NCBI GenBank assembly: GCA_013152715.1
Contig: JAADFU010000097.1
Span: forward strand, 1,276-65,275
DNA length: 64,000 nt
Reading direction: 5' to 3'
Origin: Calditrichota bacterium
Lineage (GTDB): Bacteria > Zhuqueibacterota > Zhuqueibacteria > Thermofontimicrobiales > Thermofontimicrobiaceae
In this document: in pieces, positions 56,946 to 64,000 of the stretch
Numbering within the stretch: the first letter of the stretch is position 1
Layout: each line of letters starts with the position of its first letter
The notes under the pieces: generated by a model
Databases searched by the model: none
What the model saw: the letters and a program-made list of their open reading frames with translations, nothing else
What the model was told of the DNA's origin: nothing
Program-made: the position numbers and the translations under genes

Positions 56946-58334
56946 TTACTTAAAAACCATCATCGGCCCCGAGCTATTAGCTGAAATATCGCCGGTTTTC
57001 AGATCGATAGTAACATTGTTGTCCCAGGTCAAATCATTCCACACGCCCATCAGCAACATGCCGAACTGAAACGCTGTGGGATCGCCGCTGGTGATTAATG
57101 AATTTATTCCTGCATTAATTGTGGCATCCTGATAGTTAGGCTCGTCGCCGTGATAGTAGGCGATGAGCGTCGGCGTTACTAACGGCTCCAATTGCTGAGC
57201 GCTCGTGCTGTCCACGCCTAATGACATCAACGTCGCAACTACGAGCGGAGGAAAGCCAGATGCAAGAGAATTTTTCGCATAAGACTGAAAATCCATGCCT
57301 CCGGTGTCGTAGTTAATGCTGGAGACAAACACGCTCGTAATTTTCAAAGTTTGTTTATTGCCGTCAAAAGTAAGCAGACGATAAGGCACCGGATAGCTGA
57401 CCAGCGAACCGGTCTGAACATCGATCACAAAATTATCTCCGTCAACTAATTCGGAAATGTCATTCGCGTGATGGTGCCCGGTAAAGATTATGTTCAATCC
57501 CGCAGCCGCGAAATCTTTTGCTTTATTCTGCCAATCGCTGATGAGATATTCCGGGAAAACCGCTTCCATGTTCGGAAAGTGTTCCACCAGACCGTGGTGC
57601 ATCATGGTGATGACAGTTATTCCTTTTGATTTGGCTTCCTGTAACTTCGACTTAATCCAGGTGATTGATTCCGATTTCAAATCGCCGCCGATCCAGCTAA
57701 TGTCCGCGTATTTCCCGTTGTAATTGCAATCGTCAATCCCCAGAATCCAGATGCTGTCTTTTGGCTGCGCCACATAGCTCAGCGAATTGGGGTCATTGTC
57801 AATTGCTTCGGCGTAGCCAAAGTCGTTGTAAATGGATTTGAATTCTTCCGGCGTCACACTCGGAATCGGTACCGGATCGCCATCGTCCGGGTAGCTCATG
57901 GACGCTGAATTTTGAATGTCGTGATTCCCGGGGATCACGTACACTTTCTTCCCTGCGGCTTCGATTTGCGCCAGATAAGCCGCCATCTGTTCGTGATTTT
58001 GCTTTTCCCCGTCTTTAGTCAAATCGCCGGTGACTAAAACCACCTCAATATCGGCAGCCTTGAGATCGCTCACGACGGATTCCAGCGTGGCTTTGCTCTC
58101 AGCGAGCATTTTGCGGTCTTGAGCAAGATACGCTTTGAAAGCGTCGCTGCTTGTACCCAACGACGGATCATAATAATGGGCATCTGAAAAAATGGCAAAA
58201 TTTAACGACGGGTAATTCCCCTCTTCCGGGCTCACCGGATTATTTTTGTCTTTTGAACAAGAAAAGAGAATCAGACTGATTGACAAAAGCACAATCAGCA
58301 TGACGAAATAGTGAAAAAAACGTTTTTGAATCAT
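56946..58334 (-). CDS. Metallophosphoesterase lipoprotein (calcineurin-like).
   Basis: Lipobox LILFSCS. Motifs FSDAHY, VTGDLTKDGE, IPGNHD, MMHHG and TGHHHAND. Confidence 0.75.
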   Translation of the reverse strand: MIQKRFFHYFVMLIVLLSISLILFSCSKDKNNPVSPEEGNYPSLNFAIFSDAHYYDPSLGTSSDAFKAYLAQDRKMLAESKATLESVVSDLKAADIEVVLVTGDLTKDGEKQNHEQMAAYLAQIEAAGKKVYVIPGNHDIQNSASMSYPDDGDPVPIPSVTPEEFKSIYNDFGYAEAIDNDPNSLSYVAQPKDSIWILGIDDCNYNGKYADISWIGGDLKSESITWIKSKLQEAKSKGITVITMMHHGLVEHFPNMEAVFPEYLISDWQNKAKDFAAAGLNIIFTGHHHANDISELVDGDNFVIDVQTGSLVSYPVPYRLLTFDGNKQTLKITSVFVSSINYDTGGMDFQSYAKNSLASGFPPLVVATLMSLGVDSTSAQQLEPLVTPTLIAYYHGDEPNYQDATINAGINSLITSGDPTAFQFGMLLMGVWNDLTWDNNVTIDLKTGDISANSSGPMMVFK

Positions 58335-58495
58335 GGTTCCTCCAAAGTTGGTGTCAGAAATTATTAATTTTGTCCCTCACCTTAAACAATATTTAATAAA
58401 ATAACCTTTTCTGGCAAAAATGCAAGCTTTTTTTATCAACTCAGCACAACTAACTCGAAACGCGAAACTCAGAACTTGAGAGATGCAACTCGAAA

Positions 58496-60295
58496 CTAAA
58501 TCTTCTTTTCTTCCCCGTACGCAATAATCTCCTTCAAAAATCGCGGCCCGTGCTGTTTCAGTTTTGTCTCACCCATGCCAAAAATCAGCCGCAACTCATC
58601 CCAGGTGGTTGGCATTTTTTCAGCCAATTCCTGCAACGTGCGATCGTGAAAAATCACGTAAGGCGGGACATTTTTCTCATCGGCAATGCGTTTTCTCAAC
58701 TGGCGCAATCGCTCGAATAAATTGTCATCATATTCTGTCGGAGCCGCCGCTCGTTTGGGCCGCTTTTCCACGTAAGGCGTCAGCATCACTTTTTCATCGC
58801 CGAACAGAACATCTCTGCTTTTAGCGGTTAATTTCATTATCGGATAAGTGGTACCCTCAATTTGCAAATAGCCCAAGCGAATCAATTCCTGCGCAAAGGT
58901 GATCCATCTTTTTCTGGGAATTTTTTCGCCAATGCCGTAAGTTGGCAAATCCTGATGGCCATTCTGAAAAATGCGCTCGCTTTGGGAGCCGCGCAGCACA
59001 TCGATGACGTAATTCATGCCAAATCTTTGATTCAGGCGATAGACGCAGGAAAGCATTTTTTGCGCGATGATCGTCCCGTCAAATTTCTGACTGTCGTCTT
59101 CTTTCCTCAGGCAGTTATCGCAGGCACCGCAATTTTCTTGCTCGTACTTTTCACCAAAATATTCGAGAATCAGTTTTCGGCGGCAAACCGGACTCTGGCA
59201 ATAGTCGATGAGTTGGTGCAATTTCTTCAGCGCAATTTTCCGCTCCCGCTCGCTCGGCTTTTCTTTGATAAAATATTCAATCTTCGCCTTATCGCCGTAG
59301 CTGTAAAATAAGATGCAGTCGCTTTTCAAATCGTCCCTGCCGGCGCGGCCTGTTTCCTGATAGTAGCTTTCCAGATTTTTCGGCAAATCGTAGTGAATCA
59401 CAAACCGCACATTGGGTTTGTCAATGCCCATGCCAAAGGCAATCGTCGCCACGATGATGTCCACATTTTCGCGAATGAAGGCTTCCTGGTTTTTCGTGCG
59501 CTCTCCGGTTTCCAGACCCGCGTGATAGGGCAGTGCACGGAATCCGTCGTCGTTCAGCGCATTCGCCAGTCGGTCCACGGTTTTGCGGCTCTGGCAGTAA
59601 ATAATTCCCGATTGCTTGAGATGCGCTTGCAGGTAATCGGTCAGATGAGTGTAGGTGTCCCCTTTCGGCAAAACGCGGTAGAAAAGATTGGCTCTGTTGA
59701 AGCTCGCCCTGAAAATTCGGGGATCCTGCATCTTCAGAATTTCGACAATATCTTTCTGCACTACTGGCGTCGCCGTTGCTGTAAGTGCCATCAGCGGTAC
59801 ATGGTCAAATTTTTCCCGCAAAACCACCAGCTTTCGATATTCAGGCCTGAAATCATGGCCCCATTCGGAAATGCAATGCGCCTCGTCAATGGCGAACAAG
59901 TCAATGCTCAATTTCTCCAAAAATCGCAGAAAAGACTCCAGCACCAATCGCTCGGGCGCCACGTAGAGAATTTTCACCTTGTTTTGCAACAGCCGATTTT
60001 TGACGTCGTCCATCTTTTCGGAAGTCATCGTACTGTTCAAAAACTCCGCCGCAACGCCTAAATCGCGCAGTGTATCCACCTGATCTTTCATCAGTGAAAT
60101 CAAGGGAGAGATGACGACAGTCAACCCCGTCTGAACGATGGCAGGCAATTGGTAACACAGCGACTTGCCGCCGCCAGTGGGCATGAGTACAAAAATATCC
60201 TTACGCGCAAGCGCGGCATCGATGATTTCTTTTTGCAGAGGCCTGAATTCTTCGTAGCCGAAATATTTTTTTAAAGTTTTTTCTAAATTGAACAA
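58496..60295 (-). CDS. recQ: ATP-dependent DNA helicase RecQ.
   Basis: DEAH-box helicase motifs (MPTGGGKSLCYQLPA, DEAHCISEWGHDFR). RecQ Zn-binding cysteines (CRRK...CGACDNC). C-terminal HRDC domain. Confidence 0.9.
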   Translation of the reverse strand: MFNLEKTLKKYFGYEEFRPLQKEIIDAALARKDIFVLMPTGGGKSLCYQLPAIVQTGLTVVISPLISLMKDQVDTLRDLGVAAEFLNSTMTSEKMDDVKNRLLQNKVKILYVAPERLVLESFLRFLEKLSIDLFAIDEAHCISEWGHDFRPEYRKLVVLREKFDHVPLMALTATATPVVQKDIVEILKMQDPRIFRASFNRANLFYRVLPKGDTYTHLTDYLQAHLKQSGIIYCQSRKTVDRLANALNDDGFRALPYHAGLETGERTKNQEAFIRENVDIIVATIAFGMGIDKPNVRFVIHYDLPKNLESYYQETGRAGRDDLKSDCILFYSYGDKAKIEYFIKEKPSERERKIALKKLHQLIDYCQSPVCRRKLILEYFGEKYEQENCGACDNCLRKEDDSQKFDGTIIAQKMLSCVYRLNQRFGMNYVIDVLRGSQSERIFQNGHQDLPTYGIGEKIPRKRWITFAQELIRLGYLQIEGTTYPIMKLTAKSRDVLFGDEKVMLTPYVEKRPKRAAAPTEYDDNLFERLRQLRKRIADEKNVPPYVIFHDRTLQELAEKMPTTWDELRLIFGMGETKLKQHGPRFLKEIIAYGEEKKI

Positions 60296-60324
60296 AAAAG
60301 GAACTTCCTGTTTATTTTAAAGTT

Positions 60325-60357
60325 ACAAACCAGGTTTCTCGGAGAGACCTGGTTTGT
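60325..60357. terminator. Near-perfect 11-15 bp hairpin (ACAAACCAGGT...ACCTGGTTTGT) between the HEPN/MNT pair and recQ. Candidate terminator.
   Basis: Inverted repeat read directly. Located 3' of the HEPN gene on the minus strand. Confidence 0.45.
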
Positions 60358-60445
60358 CCAGTTCATCTTTCATTTTACAATGCCCGCTGGAAACTCACCC
60401 AGCATTTCGAAATGAAATTAATCCCCTTTTTTGCTTTTATTATTA

Positions 60446-60850
60446 TCAATCTGTGTTATCTTTTTTAGATGAAACTTTTTCCAAAATAAAGTTCTGTATT
60501 TTATTCGCATCTTTTATGGCTAACTTCATGTCGTCCATGTTTAAATCCATTAGATAGGGATATCTTATATTAACTCCATAATCTGTAAGGCGCAGGCATT
60601 CTTCTTCAATCCTTTCAAAATCCGCATCGTGCTTACAACATAAATTATTCAGCAATATCAGGTCATGTGTTTTTATTATCTCATGTCCTTTTAATGCCAA
60701 AAAGCCTTTCAAATATTTCTCTGATGATTGCTGACAGTGGTAGCATATTATTTCTATAGGAACAGGATGCATATTTTGTAGGTATTTTGCAGAGGATAAA
60801 TCTACAGCAGCAATATCGAACCATTCTTTGGCTAGTGCTCGATTATCCAT
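60446..60850 (-). CDS. HEPN-domain protein (toxin component of a HEPN/MNT pair).
   Basis: 134 aa with an HEPN fold sequence. Overlaps the upstream MNT gene by 8 nt. Confidence 0.7.
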   Translation of the reverse strand: MDNRALAKEWFDIAAVDLSSAKYLQNMHPVPIEIICYHCQQSSEKYLKGFLALKGHEIIKTHDLILLNNLCCKHDADFERIEEECLRLTDYGVNIRYPYLMDLNMDDMKLAIKDANKIQNFILEKVSSKKDNTD

Positions 60851-61160
60851 ACACTAAAATTCCCTGTTTTAAAATTTTATGCTCTAATGTATTTTGATGG
60901 CGCGCTCTCTCCTCAAATTCTTTATTATCGTAGATTAAAATATCCATTGGTATCTGATAATCCCGAGAGATTTCTCTGCGAATTTCTCTCATTATTTCAA
61001 TTTTTCTTCTATTCATGAGATTAGTAATAATGCATAAGTCCAAGTCGCTATCTTGCCCGGGTTTCCCATAGGCAAAAGAGCCAAACACAAAAATTCTACT
61101 TGTTTTTATTTTTTTTGCAATTCGATTTGCTATGACTTTGATTTGTTTTTCAGAAATCAT
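60843..61160 (-). CDS. Minimal nucleotidyltransferase (MNT, antitoxin component).
   Basis: GSFAYGKPGQDSDLDLCI matches the Pol-beta-type NTase motif G[SG]x9-13Dh[DE]h. Confidence 0.75.
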   Translation of the reverse strand: MISEKQIKVIANRIAKKIKTSRIFVFGSFAYGKPGQDSDLDLCIITNLMNRRKIEIMREIRREISRDYQIPMDILIYDNKEFEERARHQNTLEHKILKQGILVYG

Positions 61161-61452
61161 AGAATACCCTAAATTCTTTAATTGAGAAGCAATAAATATT
61201 TATGGTGTTTTAACATTCAGTGTGCCGTAAAATTCTTCAACAAAGATTTTACTAATGCGTGGATTATATTTTAGCGCTGATAAGTTTTTAATGGAAAAAC
61301 TTTACACAAATATAATCAAAAAAAATCATATCTGCAATATATTTTTGTCAGTTAGGCTCCCCTATCGCTATGAGCCATCCAAGCTTCAAACACAGATAAA
61401 ACAAATTCGATTTCTCCAAGAAACCGGAATCGTCTGGCTCACAAAAATATCC

Positions 61453-64000
61453 CTACCACGCTTGCTGAAAACTCACTAACCAGCGAAATCTGACACTCTG
61501 CTCACCCGGTAAGGGATCGCTGACGTAAATGGGAAAATCGATGCGCAATAGGAAAAAGCGATAAAACGCACGAAAACGCCACTGGCTTCCGATTCCCGCA
61601 TCCGTCAAAGTTGTCCGGTCTCCTTTTTCGTTTCGCAGATAACCGGCATCGGCAAAAACGGAAATATTCACCATGAATTTTCTGCGGAAAAACGGGGACA
61701 AACGAATGGTTGAAGCCTCGACATTGACTGCGGCGATCCGATCCGTGGCAATTCTCTGATCCAAATAACCGCGCAGATTTCCGCCGCCGGGAAGATGGTA
61801 CGGAATCAATTCCGAAAAGCTTCCGCGGCTGCGCAAATAGTATTTTTCAAATTTCTGCTGCGGATTAGCGCCATCAGCGAAAAACATCTTTTGCATCGGG
61901 AAATTGTCTCCCCAGAATCGTCCGCCAAACAGCCGCACCGCAAGATAGCGGCCTCCGCTGCCAAGCCGGTAATCGAGTTGACTTTGCAGACGGGAGTAAC
62001 TGAATTCGCTGCCGGGTATTTTTTCCGATGTTTCAAATTGAATAAGCGCATCGCCAGACCAGCCGGGCTTAAATTGGGAGAAAATGTACGAAATGCTCAC
62101 ATTGTTATTTCTGCCATTCTCCCAAGCAATAAATTTTTTCGTCTCACCTCCGGAACGATATTCCTCAATGACATACTTCCCACCGTCTTTCAGCAACTGC
62201 GCGGAATTGAAAGCAATGTCAAATGAATGAAACGGAGGGAAATTTCTCATTCGACTCCAGGAAAATTTCAGTCCGATTTTTCCGATGGCGCGACCCTCAC
62301 GAGCCGCGGCGCGCAATTGCCATTTGAGTTTTTCACTATTTTTTAGCAGCGGATGCGAAAAATTGAAATCCACGCCCAATTTGCGGGAACGTAGCCCGAG
62401 AGACAAAATTAGTTTTGCGTTTTTGAACCTGTTCATATAGCTGCCGTTGAAACCCATGCCCAGCCATAAGCCGTCCACATCGTTGTACCAAACGTGCGGA
62501 CGATAGCGAATTAGGTAACTATTGCGGGAACGATAAAATTGCGAATAAGGCGTATCCGGAATAAATTTGACGGAAAAATCGCCATTGTTCAACCGGTTTT
62601 TGTCCAAAATCATGTCATCGGGATCGAGCACGACTTTTTTGGGTTTTGCCTTGGTGGTGAATTCTAAAATTCCGTATTTCGCTTTTCCGTCCCAGCGCTG
62701 ACGAATTTCATTATTTTTACTTGTAACTACCAGCACTTCCACCGGCATGATGCCTTCGTCTTTGCGAGCAATTTTCACCGTGGTTTTCCACAACGAATCG
62801 GCCACGCGCACTTTTTTCACACCGGCTAATTTGTAATCCACATTCACGGTTTTGTGCATCCACTCATCGAAAAACCAATCCAGATCCATGCCCGAAACAT
62901 CTTCGCACACCTGTTTGAAACGCTGCTCATTCACGTGCTTGAATTTCCAGCGATCAAAATACTCGTGCGCAATCCGGTCCCAGACGCTGTCGCCGACGAT
63001 ATATTTCAGCATTTCGTAAAAAGTCGAGCCCTTGGTGTAGGCATTCATGCGATAGCCGCCGAGATATTTGTGCGCCGGTAAAGAAAGCGGTTCATTGTAG
63101 CCGCTCGTCGTATAATCTACCAGACGCATCATTTTTCTCTCGTGCCCCGGCGTCGAAGGATTCAGCCATTTTTGCAATTTTGATTTTGGGTGGGAATAGC
63201 CCGGGTAGCCGGCAGACCCATAATGAGTTTGCTGATACCAGCCTTCCTGAAAAGTCGTGAATCCTTCATCCAGCCACGCTTCGTCTAATTCATTATTTGC
63301 CAGCATCCCGTAAAAATAAATATGGCCCACTTCGTGACAAATCAGTCCTTCGCCAGGGCCTGAATCCATTACAATCATCGGATATTCCATGCCGCCGCCC
63401 AAAAGACCGTGAGCAATGGTAAGCTGCGGATAGGGATACAAACCAAATTTTTCGGACAGCCATTTCAAAACGCTTTCGCCGCGCCGCGTTACTTTTTTGC
63501 TCCACGACTTTCGCGCCCGTTTGTCGTAAAGCACATGAATGGGAATGCTGTTCCATTCGCCGCGTTCGTACAAAAAATTTGGCGACGTCAGCCAGGCAAA
63601 ATCGTGAACTTTTTCGGCGTGAAAAACGACCGTTCGTTCCTTTGCCTCTAACGCTTTGAGTTTAATTTGTTTGATCTGTTCTTCGTAAGCCTGCTGCCAT
63701 TCCTCATCGTTGAGCGAAGTGTCCACTTTCACCCACTCCCAGCCGGGATCTCCTTGAACGGGAACGCCGGTCGCGGCGACAATGTAATTGTACGGCAACG
63801 TAATTTCCACATCGAATGTGCCAAACTCGCCGTAAAATTCTCCCTGATTGTGATACTGATCCGGATGCCAGCCCTTCTCGTCGTAAACGACCAATTTGGG
63901 ATACCATTGCGTCAGGTCAAACTGTTTGCCTCGCCAGCCGCCGCGATTGATGATAGCAGAAATTTTCTCGTAAAAACGCAGGTAAAGTTGGACTTCCTGG
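61453..64000 (-). CDS. M1-family (gluzincin) peptidase-like protein with a long C-terminal extension. Partial: the 5' end lies beyond the window.
   Basis: HEVGH...18 aa...WLDEGF zinc-binding motif. The reading frame is open from 63894 to the window edge. The ~400-aa C-terminal region is beta-rich and ends in an aromatic residue (...FQQAW). Confidence 0.65.
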   Translation of the reverse strand, partial: QEVQLYLRFYEKISAIINRGGWRGKQFDLTQWYPKLVVYDEKGWHPDQYHNQGEFYGEFGTFDVEITLPYNYIVAATGVPVQGDPGWEWVKVDTSLNDEEWQQAYEEQIKQIKLKALEAKERTVVFHAEKVHDFAWLTSPNFLYERGEWNSIPIHVLYDKRARKSWSKKVTRRGESVLKWLSEKFGLYPYPQLTIAHGLLGGGMEYPMIVMDSGPGEGLICHEVGHIYFYGMLANNELDEAWLDEGFTTFQEGWYQQTHYGSAGYPGYSHPKSKLQKWLNPSTPGHERKMMRLVDYTTSGYNEPLSLPAHKYLGGYRMNAYTKGSTFYEMLKYIVGDSVWDRIAHEYFDRWKFKHVNEQRFKQVCEDVSGMDLDWFFDEWMHKTVNVDYKLAGVKKVRVADSLWKTTVKIARKDEGIMPVEVLVVTSKNNEIRQRWDGKAKYGILEFTTKAKPKKVVLDPDDMILDKNRLNNGDFSVKFIPDTPYSQFYRSRNSYLIRYRPHVWYNDVDGLWLGMGFNGSYMNRFKNAKLILSLGLRSRKLGVDFNFSHPLLKNSEKLKWQLRAAAREGRAIGKIGLKFSWSRMRNFPPFHSFDIAFNSAQLLKDGGKYVIEEYRSGGETKKFIAWENGRNNNVSISYIFSQFKPGWSGDALIQFETSEKIPGSEFSYSRLQSQLDYRLGSGGRYLAVRLFGGRFWGDNFPMQKMFFADGANPQQKFEKYYLRSRGSFSELIPYHLPGGGNLRGYLDQRIATDRIAAVNVEASTIRLSPFFRRKFMVNISVFADAGYLRNEKGDRTTLTDAGIGSQWRFRAFYRFFLLRIDFPIYVSDPLPGEQSVRFRWLVSFQQAW

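Noticed and set aside
1-64000. Searched for CRISPR arrays, rRNA, tRNA and integrase/transposase genes.
   Set aside because: No regularly spaced repeats and no tRNA-like or rRNA-like sequence. No recombinase, integrase or transposase ORFs found. The only repeat structures are the short motifs reported above.

Overview
A 64-kb chromosomal segment from a moderate-GC bacterium, most likely an uncultivated FCB-superphylum lineage. Several secreted proteins carry type-IX secretion (T9SS) C-terminal sorting domains, yet most genes have strong AGGAGG-type Shine-Dalgarno sites, which argues against classical Bacteroidia. I read three main blocks. (1) 0-20 kb, + strand: two secreted proteins, then a contiguous acyl-CoA metabolic island. 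It contains an archaeal-type HMG-CoA synthase / thiolase / DUF35 trio, a three-subunit biotin-dependent acyl-CoA carboxylase, two acyl-CoA dehydrogenases, an enoyl-CoA hydratase, a secreted octaheme c-type cytochrome and a fused isobutyryl-CoA mutase (IcmF). The HMG-CoA synthase gene is split by a perfect 16-bp tandem duplication. (2) 20-45 kb, - strand: secreted and outer-membrane genes, including two tandem three-gene modules of a TonB-dependent-receptor-like barrel, a ~1000-aa T9SS cargo protein and a PorV/PorQ-like barrel. (3) 45-64 kb: an RpiR-headed operon of two transglutaminase-like beta-propeller proteins, an NhaC antiporter and a BNR (sialidase-like) T9SS cargo, followed by housekeeping genes, a HEPN/MNT toxin-antitoxin pair and a partial M1-peptidase-like gene. 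I found no rRNA, tRNA or CRISPR. Short repeated non-coding motifs (phased CGGAT iterons; GC-rich nested palindromes) occur in intergenic regions. Coordinates follow the supplied ORF track. My base-by-base reading of the printed sequence drifted by +/-1 nt relative to the track near 48.3-50.5 kb.
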